Part shown: one piece after another, positions 55,054 to 64,000 of the stretch | Position numbering within the stretch: the stretch's first letter is position 1 | Layout of the letters: each line of letters starts with the position of its first letter | Program-made: the position numbers and the translations under genes | Assembly (NCBI GenBank): GCA_002424865.1 | Contig: DILC01000044.1 | Span: 40,661-104,660, forward strand | Origin: Rhodocyclaceae bacterium UBA5602 | GTDB lineage: Bacteria; Pseudomonadota; Gammaproteobacteria; Burkholderiales; Rhodocyclaceae | Length of the DNA: 64,000 nucleotides | Reading direction: 5' to 3' | Notes under the pieces: generated by a model | Seen by the model: only the letters and a program-made list of their open reading frames with translations | Told to the model about the DNA's origin: nothing | The model's database searches: none

Positions 55054-55526
55054 GGTTTTCTTCTTAATTCAGCCAGCACTTGATCAAATTTTTCAGGTGT
55101 CATGCGCGCATGCAAAGCAGTTTCATCAATCTGAATGTTGGGTCCGACAGCACAGTGGCCCAGGCAATACACAGGTTCCAGGGTGACCGCGCCATCTTCG
55201 CTCATCGCATGAAAATCGCAAGCCAGCTTTGCCTTGACGTGCTGTGCGAGCGCATCACTGCCCACCGACTGGCAAGCCTCGGCCTGGCAAACGCGCAGCA
55301 CATGGCGGCCCGGCGGCGACTGGCGAAAATAATGGTAATAGGTGATGACCCCATGCACCTCGGCGCGCGACAGGTTCAAGGCGCGGGCGATCAATGGCAC
55401 GGCTGCTGGCGGAATAAAGCCAAGCGCGTCTTGAATATCATGCAGTATCGGCAATAAAGCGCCAGGCAAGGACTGCTTGGCTGCCAGGATCTGTTCAACG
55501 GCAAGAATGTGGTTAGGATTTTCCAT
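55050..55526 (-). CDS. fdsG: Formate dehydrogenase gamma subunit (NuoE-like)
   Basis: LSRAEVHGVITYYH, CQAEAC, YCLGHC. Confidence 0.93.
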   Translation of the reverse strand: MENPNHILAVEQILAAKQSLPGALLPILHDIQDALGFIPPAAVPLIARALNLSRAEVHGVITYYHYFRQSPPGRHVLRVCQAEACQSVGSDALAQHVKAKLACDFHAMSEDGAVTLEPVYCLGHCAVGPNIQIDETALHARMTPEKFDQVLAELRRKP

Positions 55527-56108
55527 TGTGATGTCAGCTGGATTAAAAATAATATGGGTGAATAGTCACGCCAAAATAAGCAATAGTTTGATTATATGAG
55601 TGAAGTCCAGCACACGGGCACGCACATAGTTCAAGATTGCGGAAAACAGGGTGATCAGCGCGAGGCAGTGCTGCAACCTTATCAGAAAATATCAAGGATA
55701 AAGATGACAAGCAGCCGTAATCCAGGGGCAATCGCATGAATTTTATGCCAAGCCGGGCAAATGCTCGCGATGCTGATTGGGGTAGCGGCAGTAAATCGTC
55801 GTGCCCTGGTGCTCCCTTTTAGCTCCCTTTCGTTTGCTGTGGCCCAGGCGAATGAGGTTCAGGATGATGTATTTTAAAATGGCGGAATTATGGGCGCGCG
55901 CCCCATAAGCACGCATCTGGCCGTCGGCGCAAGCGACAACGGGCTCATGGCATAACTTGCGGCAGGTTCACCGGCGAGGGATAATGCACGATTCGCAGAA
56001 TTGCCTCCCTTGCAAAAAGGGTAGCGTCAGAAAAACCGGATAAGCAGCCGGATAAGATTTTCAGATCACAGAGGCAGTGAATAATAGATTCAAGGAGATA
56101 GAAAAAAT

Positions 56109-56681
56109 ATGCTGCTGATGATCGACAACTACGACAGCTTCACCTACAACATCGTCCAATACCTGGGCGAGCTGGGTGAAGAGGTGAAGGTCGTGCGGAA
56201 TGATGAAATATCGCTAGACGAGATTGCTGCGCTGAACCCCGAACGCATTGTGATCTCGCCGGGGCCTTGCTCGCCGACTGAAGCCGGCATTTCAGTGGCG
56301 GCGATTAAAGCTTTCGCGGGCAAGATTCCGCTCTTGGGGGTGTGCCTGGGACACCAAAGCATAGGCGTCGCCTTTGGGGGTGAGATTGTGCGGGCGAAAG
56401 AATTGATGCATGGCAAAACATCGCCCGTGCATCACCTTGGCCAAGGCGTGTTTCGCGGCTTGCCCAACCCGCTCACCGTCACGCGTTATCACTCGCTCGC
56501 CATCCGCCGCGACACCCTGCCGGATTGTCTGGAAGTGACCGCCTGGACGGATGACGGTGAAATCATGGGTGTGCGCCATCGTACTTTAGCTGTGGAAGGC
56601 GTGCAGTTCCACCCCGAATCCATTTTGACCGAATGCGGCCACGATTTGCTGCGCAACTTCTTACAGGCGAGCCCAACATGA
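56109..56681 (+). CDS. trpG: Anthranilate synthase component II
   Basis: [25 protein letters not shown]; upstream of trpD. Confidence 0.92.
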   Translation: MLLMIDNYDSFTYNIVQYLGELGEEVKVVRNDEISLDEIAALNPERIVISPGPCSPTEAGISVAAIKAFAGKIPLLGVCLGHQSIGVAFGGEIVRAKELMHGKTSPVHHLGQGVFRGLPNPLTVTRYHSLAIRRDTLPDCLEVTAWTDDGEIMGVRHRTLAVEGVQFHPESILTECGHDLLRNFLQASPT

Positions 56682-57703
56682 TTACCCCCCAGGAAGCGCT
56701 GCAACGCATCATTGATCACCGCGAGATTTTTCACGATGAAATGCTGCATTTGATGCGCCAGATCATGCGCGGTGAAATTTCCCCCGTGATGGTGGCTGCC
56801 TTGCTCTCTGGCCTGCGCGTGAAAAAAGAAACCATAGACGAAATTTCCGCCGCCGCGCAGGTGATGCGTGAGATGGCAACGCATGTCGATACGCCGCATA
56901 ACCCGCATTTTGTGGACATCGTCGGCACGGGCGGCGACAGTTCGCACACCTTCAACATTTCCACCGCCGCCATGTTTGTGGCCGCCGCCGCCGGTGCAAC
57001 GGTGGCCAAGCATGGCAACCGCAGCGTGTCGTCCAAGTCCGGCTCGGCCGACGTTCTGGAAGCGCTGGGGGCAAAAATCGACCTCACCCCGCCACAGGTT
57101 GCCACGTGCATCGAGGCCACCGGCTGTGGTTTCATGTTTGCGCCGAATCATCATCCGGCGATGAAAAATGTCGCCGCCGTGCGCCGCGAAATGGGCGTGC
57201 GCACCTTGTTCAACATCCTGGGGCCGCTCACCAACCCGGCCAACTCGCCCAACACCTTGATGGGTGTGTTTCATCCCGATCTGGTCGGCATCCAGGTGCG
57301 CGTCATGCAACGCCTGGGCGCGGACCACGTGATGGTGGTATGGGGCAAGGATGGCATGGATGAAATATCACTCGGCGCCGCCACCATGGTGGGCGAGTTG
57401 ATCAACGGCGAGATTCTTGAGTATGAAATTCATCCGGAAGATTTTGGCCTCGACATGATCTCCAACCGCAGCCTGAGAGTAATAGACGCTACCGAATCCA
57501 AAACCATGCTGCTCGGCGCCCTGGAAAACAAACCCGGCGCTGCGCGCGACATTGTGGCGCTCAACGCAGGCGCTGCCTTGTACACCGCCAACGTAGCGGG
57601 CTCGATTGCCGACGGCATCCAGCGTGCACGCGAGGCCATGGCTTCGGGCGCTGCGCGCGACAAGCTCAATGCCTTTGTTGCCTTCACCCAAAAATTTGCT
57701 TAA
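56678..57703 (+). CDS. trpD: Anthranilate phosphoribosyltransferase
   Basis: [33 protein letters not shown] overlap with trpG. Confidence 0.97.
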   Translation: MITPQEALQRIIDHREIFHDEMLHLMRQIMRGEISPVMVAALLSGLRVKKETIDEISAAAQVMREMATHVDTPHNPHFVDIVGTGGDSSHTFNISTAAMFVAAAAGATVAKHGNRSVSSKSGSADVLEALGAKIDLTPPQVATCIEATGCGFMFAPNHHPAMKNVAAVRREMGVRTLFNILGPLTNPANSPNTLMGVFHPDLVGIQVRVMQRLGADHVMVVWGKDGMDEISLGAATMVGELINGEILEYEIHPEDFGLDMISNRSLRVIDATESKTMLLGALENKPGAARDIVALNAGAALYTANVAGSIADGIQRAREAMASGAARDKLNAFVAFTQKFA

Positions 57704-57733
57704 GTCTTGAATCAATAGCCGCCCCAAAATCCA

Positions 57734-58585
57734 ATGTCTGACATCCTCAATAAAATCCTCGCCATTAAGCGCGAAGAAGTCGCAGCGGCCTTGGCCGCCA
57801 AACCTTCGGATGAAATCCGCCATGAAGCCGAAGCACAAGCGCCTGCGCGCGATTTTGTGGGTGCGATACGGCGCAAGATCAGCAGAAAAGCCGACGCTGG
57901 TGAAACAACGGCGCCAAATACCGGGAACCTCGCTGAGAACGCGATAAACCACCTCGCCATCATCGCGGAAATCAAAAAAGCCAGCCCGTCCAAAGGCGTG
58001 ATTCGCGAGAACTTCCAGCCTGCCGAGATCGCCGCAGACTACGCGCGGCATGGCGCGGCTTGTCTTTCAGTGCTGACTGACCGCCCGTTTTTCCAAGGCT
58101 CGCCGGACTATCTGCGCCAGGCGCGCAATGCCTGTACCCTGCCCGTGTTGCGCAAGGATTTTCTGGTCGATCCGTACCAGGTCTATGAAGCCCGCGCCAT
58201 GGGCGCTGATGCGATCCTGCTGATTGTGGCAGCGCTATCCCTTGCCCAAATGCAGGAAATGGAAGCCATTGCAGACGCGCTAGGCATGGCCGTGCTGGTC
58301 GAATGCCATGACGCGGCTGAATTGGACATTGCCTTGCGGCTCAAAACGCCCTTGATCGGCATCAACAACCGCAACTTGCGCACGTTTGAAGTGGATCTTG
58401 AAACCACCCTCTCGCAACGCCAGCGCATTCCGGCGGGCCGCATCCTGGTGGCCGAATCCGGCATCTTGACGCCGCACGATGTGGCTCGGCTCTATGACGG
58501 CGGCGTGCGCGCGTTCCTGGTTGGCGAAGCCTTCATGCGCGCGCCATCCCCGGGGGCGGAGCTGGCGCGCTTGTTTGCCGCATAA
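57734..58585 (+). CDS. trpC: Indole-3-glycerol phosphate synthase
   Basis: [34 protein letters not shown]. Confidence 0.97.
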   Translation: MSDILNKILAIKREEVAAALAAKPSDEIRHEAEAQAPARDFVGAIRRKISRKADAGETTAPNTGNLAENAINHLAIIAEIKKASPSKGVIRENFQPAEIAADYARHGAACLSVLTDRPFFQGSPDYLRQARNACTLPVLRKDFLVDPYQVYEARAMGADAILLIVAALSLAQMQEMEAIADALGMAVLVECHDAAELDIALRLKTPLIGINNRNLRTFEVDLETTLSQRQRIPAGRILVAESGILTPHDVARLYDGGVRAFLVGEAFMRAPSPGAELARLFAA

Positions 58586-58619
58586 AAAAAGCGCCGTTTT
58601 CATGCAAACGGCGCTTTTT
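58585..58619. terminator. Bidirectional terminator between trpC and the convergent gene
   Basis: AAAAAAGCGCCGTTT-TCATGC-AAACGGCGCTTTTT. Confidence 0.85.
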
Positions 58620-59031
58620 ACCTGCCGGTGTAACGCACCAACTTGTTGTCCACCAGATGCACCCGGTCACCCTTGGCCACGGGTGCATGTTCAAATGCAA
58701 AACTGCGCGTCTGGCCGTTATCCATCTTGACCTTCACGCGCTGCATCTCCTTTGATGACACGCGCTTTTGCACTTCGTTACCCGCATAAGCGCCACCCGC
58801 AGCACCCGCAACCGTCGCCAGTGTCTTGCCCTTGCCGCCGCCGACCTGGTTGCCCAGCAAGCCACCCACCACGCCCCCGGCAATCATGCCCACGGCACCA
58901 CCCTCGCCTTTTTGCTTGACGCTCTCGATGGACACGACTCGCCCGCAGTCTTTTTTGCAGCCATCGGCAAAAGCCAGGGATGGCAACGCAAGCGCTAACA
59001 AAAAAGCCACAGCCTGAAATTTGCTTTGCAT
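58618..59031 (-). CDS. Exported glycine-zipper 2TM domain protein
   Basis: Signal peptide ..AFA, then CKKDCG and GGVVGGLLGNQVGGGKG..GAAGGAYAG. Confidence 0.85.
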   Translation of the reverse strand: MQSKFQAVAFLLALALPSLAFADGCKKDCGRVVSIESVKQKGEGGAVGMIAGGVVGGLLGNQVGGGKGKTLATVAGAAGGAYAGNEVQKRVSSKEMQRVKVKMDNGQTRSFAFEHAPVAKGDRVHLVDNKLVRYTGR

Positions 59032-59124
59032 TTTTTCTCCTCGTGAACAACGATATCGGAAACCGTAATTTAGCGGATTAACGACACCCTGGGGAATTTC
59101 CAATGGGTAAAAACAACCCCAGCA

Positions 59125-59496
59125 TCATTCAGCAGGCATGACTTGCAGCGCGTAGTCAGCCATCGCCGCCAGCACGGATGGCGCCTCGCCCACGGGCTGT
59201 GCCAGACGAATGGCCAGCCCGGCATGTCGCGCCATGGCATCGGCTGCCAGCGGCGGCAAGTCTTTATTTACATGGCCGCCACCCGCAATAAAAATGGGCA
59301 CCACCACAATCTCAGTCGCCCCTTGGCCCACCAAGGTGTCAATGCCTTCGATAAAGGTAGGCCGCATTAACTCCAAAAAGCCCATCTCCACCAGCGCAGT
59401 TTCATCAGCTGCCATGATGAGTTGCCGAATCTGCCCAAACGGCCGTGCCCAGTCCGAGTTACGCGCACCATGGCCAAACAGCAAAATCCCCTTCAT
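59125..59496 (-). CDS. cbiX: Small CbiX/SirB-type chelatase
   Basis: LFGHGAR, GFLELMRP, VPIFIAGGGHVNKDLP. Confidence 0.8.
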   Translation of the reverse strand: MKGILLFGHGARNSDWARPFGQIRQLIMAADETALVEMGFLELMRPTFIEGIDTLVGQGATEIVVVPIFIAGGGHVNKDLPPLAADAMARHAGLAIRLAQPVGEAPSVLAAMADYALQVMPAE

Positions 59497-59600
59497 CGCA
59501 TGTCCTTTTTCCTCATCATGGGGATGCAATGTAGCAGAAAGAAAACTGGAATTTCCCGCTAGAATCGGCGCCCACGACAGTATTTGGGATCATCATTGCC

Positions 59601-60326
59601 ATGTTGGAACTTTCAACCGCCACATTCTGGATTGCGGTGCTGCAAATCATTGCCATTGACATCATGCTCGGTGGCGACAATGCCGTCGTCATTGCCCTGG
59701 CCTGCCGCAAGCTGCCGGAAGCCAAGCGCAAGCAGGGCATCTTGTGGGGCGTGGCGGGCGCCATCATCCTGCGCATTGCGCTCATTTTCTTTGCCTTGCA
59801 ACTGCTCGCCGTCCCCTGGTTAAAAATCGCCGGCGCACTGCTCCTGTTCTGGATCGGCATCAAGCTCCTGCAGCCTGAAAACGAAAGCCATGGCGATGTG
59901 GCTGCTGCCACCACCCTGGGCGGCGCGGTTAAAACCATCATCGTTGCGGATGCCGTGATGAGCCTGGACAATGTCATCGCCGTTGCCGGTGCGGCGCACG
60001 GCAATATCATCCTGGTGGCATTTGGCATCCTGGCCTCCATCCCCATCGTCGTCTGGGGCAGCCAGTTGGTACTCAAGCTGATGGATCGCTACCCCGCCAT
60101 CATTACCGCCGGCGGCGCGCTCCTGGGCTGGATTGGTGGCGGCATGACCATGTCTGACCCAGCCTTGCCGGGCGATCTTTTCGCTGGCATTCCTTATGCG
60201 AAAATCATTTTCCCAATGGCTGGCGCACTGCTTGTGGTCATCACCGGAAAAACCCTTGCCGCGCGCGCCAAGCGCCAGCCCGCGGTTGATTTGACCGCTT
60301 CTATTAAGAAGGATATTGCACCATGA
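59601..60326 (+). CDS. TerC-family (YjbE-like) membrane protein
   Basis: DIMLGGDNAVVIALA, ADAVMSLDNVIAVAGAA. Confidence 0.9.
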   Translation: MLELSTATFWIAVLQIIAIDIMLGGDNAVVIALACRKLPEAKRKQGILWGVAGAIILRIALIFFALQLLAVPWLKIAGALLLFWIGIKLLQPENESHGDVAAATTLGGAVKTIIVADAVMSLDNVIAVAGAAHGNIILVAFGILASIPIVVWGSQLVLKLMDRYPAIITAGGALLGWIGGGMTMSDPALPGDLFAGIPYAKIIFPMAGALLVVITGKTLAARAKRQPAVDLTASIKKDIAP

Positions 60327-60751
60327 CACAGCAATGGCTCATTCCGATTGATGACTCTGACAGCGCCTTGCTGCCGATTACCTGGTTTGTGGAGCATCTT
60401 GCCGACTGGCGCGAGGTGCCGCGCATCCATCTGCTCAACGTACAGCCCAACCTGCCGCGCGACATTGGCCGCTTTATCAATGCCGACACCCTGCGTGAAT
60501 TTCATCTGGAACGTGGCCTGAAAATGCTCGCCCCTGCTGTCGCAAAACTTGCCGCCGCAGGCATCGAAGCGGAGACGCATGTGCTCATCGGCGAAGCCGC
60601 GCCTACTGTTACGCAATTTGCCGAAGACCACCAGTGCAGTCAAATCCTGATCGGCACCCGCGGCCACACCGGCTTTGTCGGCACGCTATTGGGTTCATTC
60701 GCCAGCAAGCTCGTGCATTTGGCCAAAGTACCGGTGTTGATTGTGCGCTAA
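60323..60751 (+). CDS. Universal stress protein
   Basis: LIPIDDS, IGTRGHTG..LLGS..VPVLIV; ATGA overlap with the terC-like gene. Confidence 0.88.
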   Translation: MTQQWLIPIDDSDSALLPITWFVEHLADWREVPRIHLLNVQPNLPRDIGRFINADTLREFHLERGLKMLAPAVAKLAAAGIEAETHVLIGEAAPTVTQFAEDHQCSQILIGTRGHTGFVGTLLGSFASKLVHLAKVPVLIVR

Positions 60752-60875
60752 AGAAACACGCTCAGCGCTTAAAACCCAGGAACCTCCGTTTTCCGCTTCC
60801 CATGCCGTTGAAGCGCTGATGCCTGCTGCACTTTTCGCGGCCCTCACCTGCCGGGCGGTCCGCTGCGCATCGGGT

Positions 60876-61312
60876 GGGAAGTTCGCCGATAAGCCGGGTT
60901 CTGTCGTGGACAGTCATTCCTCTGGGACCGTTGTTGCCAACGGCCTCTAGCAGCCTACCCGGGAGCGGCGCGAGCCACGCCTATGCTCCCCTATTTGGCC
61001 TTGCCCCGGATGGGGTTTGCCGTGCCATTTCTGTTGCCAGAAACGCGGTGGGCTCTTACCCTGCAACCGCTTGCGCGGCTGCAACATGCCTTGCGGCATG
61101 CCACCATTTCACCCTTACCTGCCCCGCCCTGCCCACTCAAGGGGGGCTTTGTCGCCTTGCGGCGGCAAAGCCAGGGCGAGCCATCGGCGGTATCTTTCTG
61201 TTGCACTTTCCGTCACTTCACAGTGCCCGGCCGTTAGCCGGCATCCTGCTCTGCGGGGCCCGGACTTTCCTCCAAACGCCGAAGCGTTCAGCGACTGCCT
61301 GGCGAACTTCCC
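60876..61312 (-). ncRNA. rnpB: RNase P RNA (type A, enlarged, about 437 nt)
   Basis: GAGGAAAGTCCGGGC, AGTGCAACAGA, GCAAGGCCAAATAG, ACAGAACCCGGCTTA; P1 GGGAAGTTCGCC/GGCGAACTTCCC; TACAAT -10 at 61319-61324. Confidence 0.97.
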
Positions 61313-62244
61313 ACGCGCATTGTACGCGCCGGACGGAACTGGCGCGTGTCGGTGTAATAATCAGGGTTCTCGTTGTCCGTGGTTGCGCCAGGAATGCCGA
61401 GCAACGGCAAAGGTTGTAGATCACGTGGGGAACGAAGCAAATAGTCGGCGCTGGCGAGACGGCGCGCCAGCGATTCATCCAGACGCGCAACCCCTGCGGT
61501 GTCAATGGACGCAAGCGCCCCGGCGTCAACCGGCAAAAACAGCGCCTTGCCGCACAGCCCATAAAACGGCGCCATCAAGGCTTCATGACTGGCGTGGCCA
61601 AACACAATGAAACGGGTGGTTTGCTGCAGTTCGGCACGCTGAGCAACAAACGCCTCTTGCCAGCGATGCGCGCAAATCGCCCCCCACAAAGCGGGTTGCG
61701 TGCCAACAACAACAACGCCGCATTCATCAAACTGCGTGAGCGCATCGCGCACCGGGCCACGGGGCGGTGAAGCAGAAGCAGCATCCGCCATGGATAGCGC
61801 TTGAATATGCTGCCGATTCAACAACGCTTTGGTGTGCGGGAAATGCAGCCAGATCAGCGCGTTAAACGCATCATGCCAGTTGGCTAACCGGGTCGCGACA
61901 GCGCCCGTGTGGAAAATTCGCGCCTCATAAGACAACGCTGACAAACCCTCCTGCCGTAATGGCCCGTCATTCGCCGCCACAAAGCAAATAGCCGCGCCAC
62001 CCCCACTCTTGATGCCGCGCTGCCGGGCTGCGGCATTGAGCTGGGATAACGCAGGCATGCCCCCGCCGCAAAAAGGGGCGAGGAAAGATGAGAGCGGATG
62101 CAGCGAAGCTTGCCCTCGGATCGTTAGCAACATTGATTGGCCTGCCTGGGAATTTATCGCCGCACCCTCACCATCTTCAGTGTGCTGGCTTTGCGGCGCC
62201 TTGCCAGGGCCGACTTTTTTTATTTTCCGTCTCCCATTGTCCAA
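61288..62244 (-). CDS. DUF3025-like protein (start uncertain: 62244, 62133 or 62058)
   Basis: [49 protein letters not shown]; between pyrC and rnpB. Confidence 0.75.
   Translation of the reverse strand: MDNGRRKIKKVGPGKAPQSQHTEDGEGAAINSQAGQSMLLTIRGQASLHPLSSFLAPFCGGGMPALSQLNAAARQRGIKSGGGAAICFVAANDGPLRQEGLSALSYEARIFHTGAVATRLANWHDAFNALIWLHFPHTKALLNRQHIQALSMADAASASPPRGPVRDALTQFDECGVVVVGTQPALWGAICAHRWQEAFVAQRAELQQTTRFIVFGHASHEALMAPFYGLCGKALFLPVDAGALASIDTAGVARLDESLARRLASADYLLRSPRDLQPLPLLGIPGATTDNENPDYYTDTRQFRPARTMRVGSSPGSR
61441..61464 (+). repeat. 24-bp dispersed motif copy (antisense in the DUF3025-like gene)
   Basis: ATAGTCGGCGCTGGCGAGACGGCG, 23/24; encodes RRLASADY. Confidence 0.9.
62194..62217 (-). 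repeat. 24-bp dispersed motif copy (2 nt after the pyrC stop)
   Basis: AAAGTCGGCCCTGGCAAGGCGCCG, 20/24. Confidence 0.75.
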
Positions 62245-63293
62245 GCCACGGACTCCCCCGCACGCAAAGGCACCAAGGCATCGTTTGCCAGATAAGGCAG
62301 GCTGGCAGGAATGGCCATCGGCGCGCGACGCAGGATGATTTTGTCGGCATTCCTTGGCAAGCCATAAAAATCCGCACCGTAAAAACTGGCGAAGGCTTCG
62401 AGCTTATCCAAGGCATTGGCCGCGTCAAAGGCTTCGGCATACAGTTCGATGGCCGCATTGGCGGTATAGCAGCCGGCGCAGCCGCATGCGGCTTCTTTAG
62501 CGCTTTGCCCATGCGGTGCGGAATCGGTACCGAGAAAAAACTTCGGGTTGCCAGACGTTGCCGCTGCCACCAAGGCCTGGCGATGTCGCTCGCGCTTTAA
62601 AACAGGCAAGCAGTAATGGTGCGGGCGCATGCCGCCGGAAAACAAGGCGTTGCGATTGAGCAATAAATGATGGGCGGTGATTGTCGCTGCAATGCGGGAT
62701 CCGGCATCCGCCACAAACTGCGCGCCATCCGTTGTGGTGATGTGCTCCAGCACCACTGCCAAGCCAGGGAAATCACGCAATAGCGGGGCGAGCACACGGT
62801 CGATAAACACCGCTTCACGGTCAAAAATATCCACTGTTGAATCGGTCACTTCACCGTGCACCAGCAGCGGCAGGCCGCGCTTTTCCATTTCCGCCAGGGT
62901 CGCCGTGCATTTTTTGAGGTCGGTCACCCCGGCATCCGAGTTCGTTGTCGCCCCTGCGGGGTAATACTTCACGGCGTGCACAAAGCCACTCGCGCGCGCT
63001 GCGGCAATTTCACCGGGCGGCGTGTTGTCTGTTAAATACAGCGTCATGAGCGGTGTGAAATTCAACCCGGCCGGCAAGGCGGCGACAATGCGCTGACGAT
63101 AGGCTGCGGCCAGCGCAACCGTCGTGACCGGCGGCTTTAAGTTCGGCATGACAATAGCCCGCGCAAAGCGGCGGGCGGTATCGGGCAACACGGCAGCCAA
63201 AGCCGCGCCATCCCTCAGATGCAAGTGCCAATCGTCAGGACGGGTGATGGTGAGGGTATGGGCCGTATTCATCATGATTTGCTCATCATTCAT
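62220..63293 (-). CDS. pyrC: Dihydroorotase
   Basis: [38 protein letters not shown]; start approximate. Confidence 0.97.
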   Translation of the reverse strand: MNDEQIMMNTAHTLTITRPDDWHLHLRDGAALAAVLPDTARRFARAIVMPNLKPPVTTVALAAAYRQRIVAALPAGLNFTPLMTLYLTDNTPPGEIAAARASGFVHAVKYYPAGATTNSDAGVTDLKKCTATLAEMEKRGLPLLVHGEVTDSTVDIFDREAVFIDRVLAPLLRDFPGLAVVLEHITTTDGAQFVADAGSRIAATITAHHLLLNRNALFSGGMRPHHYCLPVLKRERHRQALVAAATSGNPKFFLGTDSAPHGQSAKEAACGCAGCYTANAAIELYAEAFDAANALDKLEAFASFYGADFYGLPRNADKIILRRAPMAIPASLPYLANDALVPLRAGESVAWTMGDGK

Positions 63294-63295
63294 TT

Positions 63296-64000
63296 TCAAG
63301 TTTCAGATTTCAAAGCCAGCGCACGCGCATACAGCGCATTTTTCGGCTGGCCGGTAATTTCCGTCGCCAGCTTTACCGCTTGCTTGACGGGCAAGTCAGC
63401 CAGCAAGGCGCTCAGCACATGCAGGGTTTGGGCATCGAGTTCAGCGCTGTCGGGCGCGGGGGGTGCGGTCACGATCAGCACAAATTCGCCGCGCTGGCGG
63501 TTAGGATCCGCCTGCAACCAGGCGAGCGCCTGATCAAGCGGCAGGCGCTCGATTTGCTCGAACAGTTTGGTAAGTTCCCGGGCGATGATGATTTCACGTC
63601 GGGGTTGCTGCGGGGGATGCAGCAACTCGGCCAGATCGCCCACCGTTTCCAGCACGCGATGCGGCGCCTCATAAAACACCAGCGCGGCATTCACGCTGGC
63701 TAATGCCGCAATCGCCGTCCTGCGAGCGCCGACTTTTGCGGGCAAAAAGCCGACAAAGAGAAAGTGCTCATCGACCACGCCCGAAGCGCACAGCGCGGTA
63801 ATCGCCGCGCTCGCCCCCGGCAGCGGCACGATGCGACAACCCGCCGCGCGCACGGCAGCCACGGTGCGCGCACCCGGGTCTGACACGCCAGGCGTTCCCG
63901 CGTCTGAAATCAAGGCAATGCGTTTGCCCTCAAGCAACAAACGGATCAATTTTTCAGCGGCTGCATTTTCATTATGCTGATGCAGTGCCAAGGTTGGCAC
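63296..64000 (-). CDS. rsmI: 16S rRNA C1402 2'-O-methyltransferase (5' truncated by window)
   Basis: [38 protein letters not shown]. Confidence 0.95.
   Translation of the reverse strand: MPTLALHQHNENAAAEKLIRLLLEGKRIALISDAGTPGVSDPGARTVAAVRAAGCRIVPLPGASAAITALCASGVVDEHFLFVGFLPAKVGARRTAIAALASVNAALVFYEAPHRVLETVGDLAELLHPPQQPRREIIIARELTKLFEQIERLPLDQALAWLQADPNRQRGEFVLIVTAPPAPDSAELDAQTLHVLSALLADLPVKQAVKLATEITGQPKNALYARALALKSET
63713..63736 (-). repeat. 24-bp dispersed motif copy (in rsmI)
   Basis: AAAGTCGGCGCTCGCAGGACGGCG, 21/24; encodes KVGARRTA. Confidence 0.8.

Noticed and set aside
55923..55943. GTCGGCGCAAGCGACAACGGG as another motif copy
   Set aside because: Lacks the AAAG start and needs a gap; too weak to count without a PWM.
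55527..56108. Moco riboswitch, sigma54 promoter or trp leader peptide in the fdsG-trpG spacer
   Set aside because: No recognisable riboswitch fold, the TGGCA..GC candidates have wrong -24/-12 spacing, and no Trp-rich leader ORF was seen.
59497..59600. yybP-ykoY (Mn) riboswitch before the TerC-family gene
   Set aside because: The spacer is about 100 bp, shared with divergent cbiX, and has no recognisable aptamer.

Overview
Mostly core chromosome of a betaproteobacterium (gene order and protein style suggest Rhodocyclales/Nitrosomonadales; taxonomy is inferred, not searched). In order: cobT-cobS-cobC; a Nudix hydrolase; nuoA-N; tRNA-Leu, secG, tpiA; pstSCAB with a Pho box; tRNA-Leu; adk-pfp-hppA (pyrophosphate module); exbB-exbD-lpxK-ycaR-kdsB; xseA; rpsT; tRNA-Val; an orphan TAXI protein; ssb, an MFS gene and uvrA; argD-argF-argG; ppnP, yajQ, bktB; fdsGBACD formate dehydrogenase; trpGDC; cbiX, terC, usp; rnpB; a DUF3025-like gene; pyrC; rsmI. 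No intact mobile element, prophage or CRISPR array was seen. The most striking unexplained signal is a non-palindromic 24-bp motif (consensus AAAGTCGGCGCTGGCGAGACGGCG) found by eye 11 times at >=20/24 identity. It lies on both strands, inside seven unrelated genes in three reading frames, and just past stop codons, as expected of a DNA-uptake-like or nucleoid-protein binding sequence. Other notable items: an RNase P RNA with a 40-nt two-hairpin insertion in P13 and a branched P12, a group IIC intron 5' fragment beside an IS3 remnant between tRNA-Val and rpsT, a 41-bp dispersed repeat, a decayed mazF, and a possible Arg-Arg leader/terminator attenuator before argD. All searches were manual, so copy numbers are minima and some start codons are approximate.
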